This document shows, piece by piece, positions 8,966 to 18,563 of a DNA stretch of 64,000 bases. Numbering within the stretch: the first letter of the stretch is position 1; each line of letters begins with the position of its first letter. Under the pieces are notes generated by a model. The model was not told the origin of the DNA. It ran no database searches and worked only from the letters and a program-made list of their open reading frames with translations. The translations under genes were made by a program, and so were the position numbers. This DNA comes from Terriglobia bacterium (GTDB lineage Bacteria > Acidobacteriota > Terriglobia > JAJPHL01 > JAPKYU01): the NCBI GenBank assembly GCA_965218055.1, contig CBDCKA010000002.1:745619-809618 (forward strand), given 5' to 3'.

Positions 8966-9808
8966 ATGAGAATCGCAAACGTAGACGGCCGCGCCATGGC
9001 TGTCGTAGGCGAGCGGTTGATTGACATTGAGCGAGCGAGTGGCGGGAGCCTGCCATCCGATCCAATGCAGCTCCTGGCGCGCTTGGATGAGGCGCGCAAG
9101 CTCGACCTCTCGAAGGAGAAAGGGATCCCGCTGGAGGGCGCGCATCTTGGGCCGCCCGTGCCACGCCCGAGCAAGATCCTCGCCGCTGCCGGGAACTACA
9201 GCGACCACGTCAAGGAGGCCGGTGCCGAGAACCCGGGCGAACCAAACCTGTTCGCCAAGCTCCCCAGCGCTTTAGTCGGTCCGCGCGACGCAGTCAGCAT
9301 CCTGCCCGGGCGCGTTCAGATTGACTGGGAAGCTGAGCTGGTGGTGGTGATCGGCAAGCAGGCGCGCAACGTTCCCGAGGAGAAAGCCTGGTCCTATGTC
9401 GCCGGCGTGACCTGCGGCCAGGACATCTCTGATCGGGAGGAGCAGTTCCGCGCCTTTCAGCAGTACACGATGGCTAAATCGTTCAATACCTACGCGCCGA
9501 CCGGGCCATACCTTGTCACTGTCGACGAACTCAAAGACCGCGACAACGTCCCGCTGCGCTGCTACTTGAACGACGAAAAGGTGCAGGACGGCGCGACCGG
9601 AAAGCTGATCTTCTCGGTGCCGAATCTCATCGCATGGACCTCGAAGGTCTGCACGCTCGAAAGGGGCGACCTCTTTTTCACCGGCACGCCTGGCGGCGTC
9701 GGAGTTTTCCGCAAACCGCCGCGTTGGCTCAAGCCGGGTATCGTCCTGCGGACCGAGATTCCGGGCGTTGGAACAATGGAGAACCCCATAGCCGCCGCAA
9801 AGAGTTAG
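8966..9808 (+). CDS. Fumarylacetoacetate-hydrolase (FAH) family protein (2-keto-4-pentenoate hydratase / HpcE-like).
   Basis: 280 aa. Family features KILAAAGNYSDH, ELVVVIGK, CGQDISDRE and FFTGTPGGVG. Confidence 0.8.
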   Translation: MRIANVDGRAMAVVGERLIDIERASGGSLPSDPMQLLARLDEARKLDLSKEKGIPLEGAHLGPPVPRPSKILAAAGNYSDHVKEAGAENPGEPNLFAKLPSALVGPRDAVSILPGRVQIDWEAELVVVIGKQARNVPEEKAWSYVAGVTCGQDISDREEQFRAFQQYTMAKSFNTYAPTGPYLVTVDELKDRDNVPLRCYLNDEKVQDGATGKLIFSVPNLIAWTSKVCTLERGDLFFTGTPGGVGVFRKPPRWLKPGIVLRTEIPGVGTMENPIAAAKS

Positions 9809-9815
9809 GAAGAAG

Positions 9816-12212
9816 ATGGCGATCCAGGTTGACCAGAAGCTCCCGCGGTGTCTCCGCTGCGGGAAATTGGTGCATGTGCGCGACGCCGAGCGGGTCGAGT
9901 CCCGGGGTCTTCTCTTCTGCTCAAAGATATGTCGCGATGAGTACGCGGAGCTGACGCCGCACAGCGCCGAGTCTATGAGTACGGCTTCGGGGCCCGTGCC
10001 GCAGTTCCTCCCGTCAGAAGGAGAGCCCCGCAGCGACCCGTCAGGTGATCAGCAGCGCCCCTTGCGGACCGGCGGCGATGCCCGCCTCGCGCCCGGTATT
10101 GATGCAGGTCGCGGTGTCGAAGAAGCGCGCCCACGCCATTCCGAGCCCCAGCCGGGAGATGGCGCGAACTTGCGGGTCGGCATCGACGTTGGCGGGACCT
10201 TCACGGACTTGGTCCTGTTCAGTCCCACAACTCGCGAGCTACGGGTGGCGAAGGCTCCGAGTACACCCAACAACCCCATCGAAGGCGTCAGGGCTGTGAT
10301 CGACAAGGCCGGAATCCCGCTGGAAGCGATCCACACGCTGGTACACGGCACGACGGTCGGGACCAACGCGCTACTCGAGCGAAAGAAGTCGCTGCCGGCG
10401 CTGATCACGACGAAGGGTTTTCGGGATGTGGTCTTTATCCAGCGGAATAATCGAAAGCACCATTATGACCTCAGCTGGGACAAGCCGAAGCCGTTCGTTG
10501 AGCGTCGGCACTGCTACGAGGTCTCGGAGAGGCTCAACTACAAAGGCGAGGTCGTGACGCCGCTTGAGGAAGACGGCGCGCGGGCCGTCATCGCGGCGAT
10601 CAAAAAAGCTGGGATCGCGGAGATTGCCGTCTCATTCCTCTTTTCCTACGTGAACCCCGCGCACGAACTCCGCATGCGTGAGTTGATTGCCGAGGTCTAC
10701 CCGGAGGCCACTGTCTCGCTGTCCCACGACGTGTACCCGCGCTGGCGCGAGTACGACCGGGCGAGCACCGTCTTGGCCGATGCGTACCTGAAAACGCTTA
10801 TTGCAGACTATGTGGGCAATCTCGCGGGCGGGCTCCAGGCGGCAAGCGAGTCGATGAACTTCCTGATTATGAAGTCCAACGGTGGAGTGCAAGAGGCGAG
10901 TGCAGCGGCTGCGAAGCCGGTCGATCTGCTCGTCTCCGGCCCCGCTGGGGGTGTGCTGAGCGCGACCTTTTTTGGCAAGTTAACCGGACGTCCCAATCTG
11001 GTTTGTATGGACATGGGCGGGACGAGCTTCGACGTCAGTCTGATTAAGGGTGGTGAGGCAAACCGTAGGATCGATTTCGAGATCGAGTGGGGTCTGCCGG
11101 TGTTTATGCCCATGATTGACGTGCAAACGATCGGGGCCGGTGGCGGATCGGTCGGCTGGATCGACAAGGGTGGCCTACTGCGTGTTGGTCCGCGCAGTGC
11201 CGGTGCCGTCCCCGGGCCTGCGTGCTACAGGCGAGGAGGAACCGAGCCGGCCGTGACGGACGCTAATCTCGTGCTCGGACGGATCAGCCCCGATTATTTC
11301 CTGGGAGGCGAACTCTCCCTCGACGTCAGCGCCGCGCGGCGGGCCTTGGAAGGACTCGGCGCCCGGCTTAACATGGGCCTAGAGGAGGTCGCGTCTTCCG
11401 TGGTGGAGCTCATCAACTTCAACATGGTGAACGCGATCCGGCTCATCTCCATCGACCGCGGCCTCGACCCTCGCGAGTTCACTCTTTTCTCGTTCGGTGG
11501 CGCAGGTTCTCTGCACGCGGGAGCACTGGCAGACATCATCGGCATCCGCGAGGTGCTCGTTCCTATCCACCAGGGCGTCTTTTCGGCGTTTGGCCTGATC
11601 ACCGCGGACATGCGCGTTGATGAGTCCGTGACGGCGAGCTTCCGCTCGGATACGCTCGATGTCGAGCGCGTCAACGAAGTGCTCGAGCGCCTGCGCAAGC
11701 GCGCGCTCGCCCGACTTCGGGCCGATGGATATGAAGGAGCGGCTGCCCTAGAGGCTAACATCGAGATGCGCTACCTCGGACAGAACTACAGCACCGAAAT
11801 CCCGGTGCCTCTCGTCGACGGGGGCCTGGGCCATAGTGAGCTGAGCAAGGTGCTGGATGGCTTCCATGCTGAACATCGACGTCGCTACGGCTATGACATT
11901 TCGAACGAGATTGTCGAGCTCGTGCATTTCAATGTCACAGCGGTTGGCCCGACGGAAAAACCGAAAGTTCCAACGCTTGGGCGAAACGGGAAAGGGGCCG
12001 AAAAAGGGCGTCGCAAAATCTATTTCAAGGGCCATGGTTGGACCGATTCATTCGTGTACGAACGAGCTGCGCTTGGACAGGGCTCGCGGATTGAGGGTCC
12101 AGCGGTTATCGAGGAGCCCACGGCAACGACGCTTCTCCATCCGGGCCACAAGTTGGAGGTCGACGAATACGGCAACCTCGTGATGACGACGATGGCAGGA
12201 AAGGAGACCTGA
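9816..12212 (+). CDS. hyuA: Hydantoinase/oxoprolinase subunit A (HyuA family) with an in-frame 118-aa N-terminal extension carrying a TRASH/FCS-like zinc ribbon. A canonical-length protein would start at TTG 10170.
   Basis: MRVGIDVGGTFTDLVLFS follows the TTG at 10170, and the body is HyuA-like. The N-terminal extension is CLRCG-x19-FCSKIC, a C-x2-C-x19-C-x3-C pattern. ATG 9816 has an AGGAAG ribosome-binding site and the region has high-GC3 codon usage. Confidence 0.8.
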   Translation: MAIQVDQKLPRCLRCGKLVHVRDAERVESRGLLFCSKICRDEYAELTPHSAESMSTASGPVPQFLPSEGEPRSDPSGDQQRPLRTGGDARLAPGIDAGRGVEEARPRHSEPQPGDGANLRVGIDVGGTFTDLVLFSPTTRELRVAKAPSTPNNPIEGVRAVIDKAGIPLEAIHTLVHGTTVGTNALLERKKSLPALITTKGFRDVVFIQRNNRKHHYDLSWDKPKPFVERRHCYEVSERLNYKGEVVTPLEEDGARAVIAAIKKAGIAEIAVSFLFSYVNPAHELRMRELIAEVYPEATVSLSHDVYPRWREYDRASTVLADAYLKTLIADYVGNLAGGLQAASESMNFLIMKSNGGVQEASAAAAKPVDLLVSGPAGGVLSATFFGKLTGRPNLVCMDMGGTSFDVSLIKGGEANRRIDFEIEWGLPVFMPMIDVQTIGAGGGSVGWIDKGGLLRVGPRSAGAVPGPACYRRGGTEPAVTDANLVLGRISPDYFLGGELSLDVSAARRALEGLGARLNMGLEEVASSVVELINFNMVNAIRLISIDRGLDPREFTLFSFGGAGSLHAGALADIIGIREVLVPIHQGVFSAFGLITADMRVDESVTASFRSDTLDVERVNEVLERLRKRALARLRADGYEGAAALEANIEMRYLGQNYSTEIPVPLVDGGLGHSELSKVLDGFHAEHRRRYGYDISNEIVELVHFNVTAVGPTEKPKVPTLGRNGKGAEKGRRKIYFKGHGWTDSFVYERAALGQGSRIEGPAVIEEPTATTLLHPGHKLEVDEYGNLVMTTMAGKET

Positions 12213-12213
12213 T

Positions 12214-14007
12214 ATGGCCCAGCCACAAACGCGCAACGCAATCGACCAAGTCACGCTGCAAGTAGTGAACAGCTACCTGGTGACGACGGCGCGCGAAATG
12301 GGGATCGCGATGCGCAACACGGCCTACTCCCCGCTCTTCAACGAGGGCCTCGATTTCTCCTGCGCGATCTTCGATCGCCACGGTGAGATGATTGGCCAGG
12401 CGGAGTTCTGTCCAGCGCAGCTCGGGGCGATCATCTTTGTTGTGGAGTGGACAATCAACGAAATCGGCCTTGAAAATTTCCACCCAGGGGACATCGTTCT
12501 TCACAACGACCCCTTCCGGGGCGGCTGTCACTTACCGGAGCACTGTGTCATCAAGCCTGTCTTTCACGACGATGCGCTGCTCGGGTTCGTCTCCTGTATC
12601 GGACACATGACCGAGGTCGGCGGCAAGGCCCCGGGTGGCTTTCCCGGCGACGCGACCGAGGTCTTCCAGGAGGGCATCCGGTTCCCGCCGGTGAAAATCG
12701 TCGACCGGGGGCACCAAGTCGATACCGTCTGGAACATCATGTTCGCAAACGTGCGGACACCGAAAGTCTCCTACGGCGACATGATGGCGATGATCGGATC
12801 GCTCTATGTCGGCGAACGAAGCATGCTCGAACTGGCGGAGAAGTACGGCAACGACCGGTTACAAGAGATCACAGAGGCAATTAAGGACTACTCGGAGCGG
12901 CGCATGCGGGCAGAGATAACCGAGATGCCGGACGGCGTGTACGAGCTCGAGCGTTACGCCGCCGATGATGACGGAATTACCGAGGAGCCGGCGAAGATCA
13001 AGGTCAAGGTTACGATCAAAGGCGACAACATGACCGTTGACTTCACGGGGTCCGATCCCCAGCGCAAAGGCCCGATCAACTGCACCTACGGCGTCACGGC
13101 CTCGGGCACTTACAACGCGCTCCTGCACTTAACGGACTCTTCAATTCCGTCGAATCATGGTTGCTACCGACCAGTGCGCATCATCGCGCCTCCGGAAACA
13201 ATCGTAAATGTCGAGTACCCGGGTGCGAGCGTTGGCGGCAACTCGGAGATTCAGCCGCACATCGTGGATGCGGTGTTCGCCGCTCTGGCAAACGCGCTGC
13301 CGGACCGGGTTCCCGCGGAGTGCGGCGGGACGAATTCGCTTGTCTCGTTCGGAGGTATGCATCCCGACACGGGCGAGCCCTTTGCCAGTCTCGTGAACGA
13401 GGGCTGTGGCTGGGGCGGGAGGGCGACGAAGGACGGCAACAACAGCCTCTGCCAATACGTCGGCAACTGTCCCTGCCAGCCGATCGAGATTCTTGAGACC
13501 CGCTACCCCATCTTGCACGAAGCTTTCCAGATCACAGAGGGGTCCGCTGGTGCCGGTCGAAATCGCGGCGGCTTCGGCTCGTCGCGGCAGTTCCGCGTGG
13601 AATGCGACGAGTTGCGTGTTTCGGCGTTCGTCGAGCGCGCAAAGATCCCTCCGTATGGGCTTTTTGGCGGCAAGCAAGGGGGAATTGCTGGCATCGAGAT
13701 CGCCCGGAAGGACGGCGTGTTCCGGCCTCCCCGCGAGGTGGCAGGTGTCAAGTGCGACGGGAAGTTCTCCGACGTTTACTTGTACAGAGGCGATCGGGTC
13801 CGCAGCCACTGCTCGGGCGGAGCCGGCTACGGATCGCCGCTCGACCGCGAACCGGAGCGGATTGAAGAGGACGTGCGCAGCGGATTCCTAGCACGCTCTC
13901 AAGCAGAGGAGGAATACTGCGTCGTCTTCGCTGCCGACGGTGAATGCATTGACAAGGGTGCAACCGAGCGGCGCCGAAAAGAGTTGCGCACGCAGGGGGT
14001 CGAATGA
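12214..14007 (+). CDS. hyuB: Hydantoinase/oxoprolinase subunit B (HyuB family).
   Basis: 597 aa. HyuB-like N-terminus MAQPQTRNAIDQVTLQVVNSYLVTTAREMG. Start is 2 nt after the HyuA stop. Confidence 0.85.
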   Translation: MAQPQTRNAIDQVTLQVVNSYLVTTAREMGIAMRNTAYSPLFNEGLDFSCAIFDRHGEMIGQAEFCPAQLGAIIFVVEWTINEIGLENFHPGDIVLHNDPFRGGCHLPEHCVIKPVFHDDALLGFVSCIGHMTEVGGKAPGGFPGDATEVFQEGIRFPPVKIVDRGHQVDTVWNIMFANVRTPKVSYGDMMAMIGSLYVGERSMLELAEKYGNDRLQEITEAIKDYSERRMRAEITEMPDGVYELERYAADDDGITEEPAKIKVKVTIKGDNMTVDFTGSDPQRKGPINCTYGVTASGTYNALLHLTDSSIPSNHGCYRPVRIIAPPETIVNVEYPGASVGGNSEIQPHIVDAVFAALANALPDRVPAECGGTNSLVSFGGMHPDTGEPFASLVNEGCGWGGRATKDGNNSLCQYVGNCPCQPIEILETRYPILHEAFQITEGSAGAGRNRGGFGSSRQFRVECDELRVSAFVERAKIPPYGLFGGKQGGIAGIEIARKDGVFRPPREVAGVKCDGKFSDVYLYRGDRVRSHCSGGAGYGSPLDREPERIEEDVRSGFLARSQAEEEYCVVFAADGECIDKGATERRRKELRTQGVE

Positions 14008-14996
14008 AGAGCAATGGGCCTCGCGTCGTCGTCGCTGGCGGAAACTTCCGGGACCTTCAGCCCGAGCGCAGAATCCTTGGCGCGATAGGCGCAGAGATTG
14101 TGGATGCGAACCGGCTGCCGCGTGAGGAAGTGATCGAGCTTGCGCGCAATGCAGACGCCCTCATGACCGACCACTTTTTTGTGGATGCGAACGTGATCGC
14201 CGCGCTTCAGCGCTGCCGGGTGATCTGCCGGTATGGAATCGGAGTCGACAAGGTCGATGTTGAAGCGGCGACCCAGGCAGGCATAGTTGTTACGCGTGTA
14301 CCGGAGTATTGTATTAGCGAACTCGCTGACCACACAATCGGTCTTCTGCTCGCGGTTGCTCGCCGCATTCCCCGCTACAACGCCGCCGCTCGCGCAGGAA
14401 ATTGGAATTGGCTCTCAGACGGTGTGCGCCGGCTTGCAGGAGCAACCCTGGGGATCGTCGGGATCGGCCGAGTCGGAAGGGCAGTCGCTGCCAGGGCAAA
14501 ACCGATCGGATTGCATCTCTTCGCTTGCGATCCGAATTTGGGAGACGAAGAGATCCGTACACGCGGCGCGGAGCCCACACCGCTGGAGCGGCTCCTTGCC
14601 CGGTCCGACATCGTCTGCCTGCACCTGCCACTCACTTCCGAGACGCGCGGCCTGATGGGGCGTGCCCGATTTGCGGGAATGAAGCAGGGGGCTATTCTGA
14701 TCAACACCGCGCGCGGCGGCCTCGTTGACCAGGAGGCGCTGGTCGAAGCGCTCCGCTCGGGGCGGCTTGCCGGCGCTGGCCTTGACGTGCTCGCCAGCGA
14801 GCCGCCGGACCCCAATGATCCGATTCTGTCGCTGGAGAACGTCGTCCTGACCCCACACGCGGGGCACTTCTCCGAGGAGTCGCTCCTTCAGGTGCAAACC
14901 GAGGCGTCGGAGGAGGTGCTCCGCGCACTGACGGGAGAACCGCTCTTGAACGCGGTGAACGAGCGGGAACTGAACGCGCGGAGGATCCACTCATGA
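14004..14996 (+). CDS. D-isomer-specific 2-hydroxyacid dehydrogenase (NAD-binding).
   Basis: GxGxxG Rossmann motif GIVGIGRVGRAVA, catalytic-region HAGHFSEE, and an ATGA overlap with hyuB. Confidence 0.8.
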   Translation: MKSNGPRVVVAGGNFRDLQPERRILGAIGAEIVDANRLPREEVIELARNADALMTDHFFVDANVIAALQRCRVICRYGIGVDKVDVEAATQAGIVVTRVPEYCISELADHTIGLLLAVARRIPRYNAAARAGNWNWLSDGVRRLAGATLGIVGIGRVGRAVAARAKPIGLHLFACDPNLGDEEIRTRGAEPTPLERLLARSDIVCLHLPLTSETRGLMGRARFAGMKQGAILINTARGGLVDQEALVEALRSGRLAGAGLDVLASEPPDPNDPILSLENVVLTPHAGHFSEESLLQVQTEASEEVLRALTGEPLLNAVNERELNARRIHS

Positions 14997-15811
14997 CGTC
15001 CGGCGAGGTGGGCACAACGCTCAAGGGCAAGGTGGCTGTCATTTCGGGCTCCAGCAAAGGTATCGGGCGTGGCCTCGCAATCGGTCTTGCGCGCCACGGA
15101 GCGGCTGTTGCGGTCAACTACAAGAACGACCAACAGGGTGCCGAAGAAACAGCGCGCGTGATCCGTGAGGCGGGAGGCGAGGCCGTGGTGATCGGTGCTG
15201 ATGTGTCGGTAACCTCCCAGGCGGCACGGCTGGTTGACCAGGCTGTCGAGCGTCTCGGACGGATCGACGTGCTCGTCAACAACGCAGGTCGTTCGCGCTT
15301 TAACTGGGCCCTCGAGATCACGCTTGAGGACTGGGAGGACGTCGTCGGGACGAACCTACGGGGGGCCTTCTTCGCGAGCCAAGCGGCAGCACGCCACATG
15401 CAGGCCAGCGGCGGAGGCTCGATCGTAAACGTCAGTTCCTGCGCCGCCACCCTCACCGCACTCTACCACTCGATCTACACAATGTCGAAGGCCGGGCTTG
15501 AGGGCCTGACGAAGCAGCTCGCACTCGAGCTTGCGCCCGCGATACGTGTCAACGCGATCGCCCCGGGGCCGACCGACGTGGAACGCGCCCGACAATACGA
15601 TCCGAATTTTGACCGGACCTGGGGTGCGGTTGTGCCAATGGGGCGCGTCGCCCAACCTGAAGACCTCGTTGGGCCGGTCGTGTTTCTGGCGTCGGACCTG
15701 TCCCGTTACGTGACTGGGGACGTCCTCCACGTGGACGGAGGCTGGACGATCCAGGGCAAGACACCTTCTATGGAGGATTTCGATGTCGCGGCCGACCGCA
15801 AACGGGGCTAA
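14993..15811 (+). CDS. SDR family oxidoreductase (FabG-like).
   Basis: LKGKVAVISGSSKGIGRGLA, NNAG and YTMSKAGLEGL motifs. Confidence 0.8.
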   Translation: MTSGEVGTTLKGKVAVISGSSKGIGRGLAIGLARHGAAVAVNYKNDQQGAEETARVIREAGGEAVVIGADVSVTSQAARLVDQAVERLGRIDVLVNNAGRSRFNWALEITLEDWEDVVGTNLRGAFFASQAAARHMQASGGGSIVNVSSCAATLTALYHSIYTMSKAGLEGLTKQLALELAPAIRVNAIAPGPTDVERARQYDPNFDRTWGAVVPMGRVAQPEDLVGPVVFLASDLSRYVTGDVLHVDGGWTIQGKTPSMEDFDVAADRKRG

Positions 15812-15820
15812 GAGGGGATC

Positions 15821-16798
15821 GTGAATATAAGCGCCGAGAGGATGTGCGAACTCTATCGCACGATGTTGACGATACGGCGCTTCGAAGAGAAGGTCTCGTC
15901 GCTCTTCGCCCGTGGCCGGATGCCGGGTTTCACCCATTCGTACATTGGTATGGAGGCCGTCGCTGCCGGTGTATGTGTCGGGCTACGAGCGACGGACAAG
16001 GTTACTTCCACTCACCGCGGACATGGTCATGCCGTTGCGAAGGGGCTCGATTTGTGTGCCCTGATGGCCGAGCTCTATGGGAAGCGCACCGGCATCTGCA
16101 AGGGACGGGGTGGCTCGATGCACTTTGCCGACGTTCAGCGCGGTCTGCTTGGCGGGAACGGCATCGTTTCCGGGGGCCTCCCGATGGCGACGGGCGCGGC
16201 GCTCGCCAACAAGCTCGATGGCCGCGACGATGTTGTCGTTGCGTTTGCCGGCGAGGGTGGCGTCAATCAGGGGACGTTCCATGAATCGCTCAACCTTGCC
16301 GCGATCTGGACGCTCCCTGTTCTCTATGTCATCGAAAACAATATCTACACCGAGTACTGTCACTATCGGACGGTCACTGCCATCGACAAGCTTTCCGACC
16401 GGGCCGCCGCATACGGGATGCCGGGCATCATGGTCGACGGCCAAGACGTCCTGGCGATGCACGAGGCAACGACCGAGGCTGTGGAACGTGCCCGCACCGG
16501 CGGAGGCCCCACCCTGCTGGAGGCGCGGACTTATCGCTTCCGGGGACACCATGAGGGCGAGGACCAGATCCTTGGCCGCAACGTCTACCGCACGGTTGAC
16601 GAGATTGAGGAACAGCGGCGGCTTCGCGATCCGATCACTCTGTTGAAAACGCGGATGTCAGATTGCGCTGGCGACGACTTCTTCGCCCGTACAGAAGAGC
16701 AGATCAAAGGGGCCATAACGCGGGCGGTCGAGTCAGCCGAGGCAAGCGAACTGCCGTCGCCGAGCGAGGCAGGCGAGTTCGTCTACACGTCGTCCTGA
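15821..16798 (+). CDS. Thiamine-diphosphate-dependent 2-oxoacid/acetoin dehydrogenase E1 component alpha subunit.
   Basis: 325 aa. TPP-binding GDG-type region VVAFAGEGGVNQGTFHESLNLAAIWTLPVLYVIENN, consistent with the E1-alpha family. Confidence 0.85.
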   Translation: MNISAERMCELYRTMLTIRRFEEKVSSLFARGRMPGFTHSYIGMEAVAAGVCVGLRATDKVTSTHRGHGHAVAKGLDLCALMAELYGKRTGICKGRGGSMHFADVQRGLLGGNGIVSGGLPMATGAALANKLDGRDDVVVAFAGEGGVNQGTFHESLNLAAIWTLPVLYVIENNIYTEYCHYRTVTAIDKLSDRAAAYGMPGIMVDGQDVLAMHEATTEAVERARTGGGPTLLEARTYRFRGHHEGEDQILGRNVYRTVDEIEEQRRLRDPITLLKTRMSDCAGDDFFARTEEQIKGAITRAVESAEASELPSPSEAGEFVYTSS

Positions 16799-16956
16799 GG
16801 CATTCTCTAGGAGTGTCTCCGAAGACTGTCTTCCCGGCTCCGAACGGTGTTTGGGCACGCCCGGAGGGCTAGAGCCGAGCGGTTGGGCTACATCTCGCGT
16901 GTCGGAGGAGTTCTGACCACCGGCAATTAGGGGCCGGCGATTAGGGGGTAGGTACA

Positions 16957-17703
16957 GTGCCTGCAGTATCTGCGACGCAGATCGCTCGCGCGACCGATCT
17001 GGTCGGACAACTTGAGCGAGAGATCGAGCCGTTCGTTGCACAGGTGGCCGACGGGCCTTTCGTCCGGGCCGTGCTGGACGGCAGCTTTCCACTTGATGGC
17101 ATCCGGTTTGTGCACATGAATCACTACCACCTGATCGTGAACGACATGGCCAATCTCAATGTCTACGTGGCCAAGGCGCGCGACGAAGAGGAAATGCTCT
17201 TCTTCCATTTCATGGCGGCTGAGGAGAAGAACCACTTTGAGTCAGTATTCCTCCTGGACGCGGGTCTCGGGCTGGATGCCCAGGCGGTTCGCGCCTTCGA
17301 GCCGCACCCAGGCTGTCTTATACGAACTAACTACTTCTCGCGGCTCGCGCAGTATGGCTCCCCGGGCGAGGTGGCGCTGGCGATCCTTCTCAACTTTCCA
17401 GTTTGGGCTGGCGGCGCGAAGCGCGAGGCACAGGGCCTGAAGCAGCACTACGGGATGGGCAATCCGGTTCCAGGCACGGACAAGTACGACACGGACATAC
17501 TCGACCGTTTCGAGGGCGCCACCGCCGGCTTCCGCGAGCAGGCCCTCAGGATCATTGCTCGCGACCTGGCCGACCCGTTTAACGAGGTGCGGCTGCGCCG
17601 CGCCGGGCTCTGGGCAGCCGAGTGCGAGGCGATTGTGTGGCAGTTTTACTACGAAGAGGGTGCTAAGTGCGGGAGCTCCGACTCGGCTAGGGTGCCACGA
17701 TGA
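16957..17703 (+). CDS. TenA/PqqC-fold (heme-oxygenase-like superfamily) protein of unknown function, paralog 1.
   Basis: GPFVRAVLDGSFPLDGIRFVHMNHYHLIVND aligns with the TenA N-terminal helix HPFVQGIGDGTLPIDRFKYYVLQDSYYL. The thiaminase-II catalytic Cys region reads ILLNFPVWAGG, so no Cys is present. Confidence 0.5.
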   Translation: MPAVSATQIARATDLVGQLEREIEPFVAQVADGPFVRAVLDGSFPLDGIRFVHMNHYHLIVNDMANLNVYVAKARDEEEMLFFHFMAAEEKNHFESVFLLDAGLGLDAQAVRAFEPHPGCLIRTNYFSRLAQYGSPGEVALAILLNFPVWAGGAKREAQGLKQHYGMGNPVPGTDKYDTDILDRFEGATAGFREQALRIIARDLADPFNEVRLRRAGLWAAECEAIVWQFYYEEGAKCGSSDSARVPR

Positions 17704-18464
17704 TCATTCCTGCGGATCAGCTCGCGCGCGCGGAGCGCCTCGTGGAGTCGCTCCAGGGTGAGTTGGGCTCGTTTGTCACTGAAGTCGAAGACGGGCCTTT
17801 CGCGCGTGGCGTTGCTGACGGCTCATTTCCTGTTGAGGGAATCAAGTTCTTCGTGGAGCAGACATACCAGTTGGTGATGAACGACATGGGGAATCTCTCG
17901 CTCTATGTGGCGAAGGGCCGCGATGAGAGCGAGGTTGACTTCTTCCTTTTCATGGCTGTGGCGGAGAAGCTCATGCTCGATTCACTTTACTTGCTCATCG
18001 ATGCGATTGGCATCCGGCGTACCGAGCTTCACTCCTCCGAGCCTCACATCCGTACGTCCTTCCGGACGAACTACTTCACCCGGCTCGCACTTTTCCATCT
18101 GCCCGGTGAAATAGCACTGGCAATCCTGATCAACTTTCCCGTTTGGGCAGGCGGCGCGCGCCGGGTCAGCGCCGGAATGAAGCAGCATTATGGCCTGGGG
18201 AAGGCGGTCAAGGGGACGGAACTGATCGATACGGACGTCCTGGACCGGTTTAGCCAAGCGACAAAGGGCTTCTCCGACATGGCCGTGCGCATTGTCGCCG
18301 CAGACCTGACAGATGGGCAGGCAGAGCGACGGATGCGCCAGGTCGCGAAGCTCGCCGTTGAGTACGAGGCGATGATCTGGTCGAACTACTATGTCGAGGG
18401 CATGAAACGAGCTGGTCTGGAACCGTCCTTGTTGCGCCCAGGCGAGAGTCGTGGTCGGTCATGA
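17700..18464 (+). CDS. TenA/PqqC-fold protein, paralog 2 of the preceding gene.
   Basis: Clearly similar to paralog 1 (GPFARGVADGSFPVEGIKFF, ILINFPVWAGGARR, KQHYGLG). ATGA overlap with paralog 1. Confidence 0.5.
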   Translation: MIIPADQLARAERLVESLQGELGSFVTEVEDGPFARGVADGSFPVEGIKFFVEQTYQLVMNDMGNLSLYVAKGRDESEVDFFLFMAVAEKLMLDSLYLLIDAIGIRRTELHSSEPHIRTSFRTNYFTRLALFHLPGEIALAILINFPVWAGGARRVSAGMKQHYGLGKAVKGTELIDTDVLDRFSQATKGFSDMAVRIVAADLTDGQAERRMRQVAKLAVEYEAMIWSNYYVEGMKRAGLEPSLLRPGESRGRS

Positions 18465-18563
18465 CAACGAGCGGCTGCTGCTGGGATGCGCGTCAAGGAG
18501 CGCGCAGCGTCGAATTGAGCGCGCGCAACCCATCGTCAATCCAGCACCGGAAGGAAAGGTTCA

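Noticed and set aside
16957-18464. Calling the two TenA-fold proteins thiaminase II (tenA).
   Set aside because: The catalytic Cys (LPCYW in B. subtilis TenA) is Phe here (NFPVW), and the Asp/Tyr active-site positions are not conserved. Only the fold-level assignment is supported.
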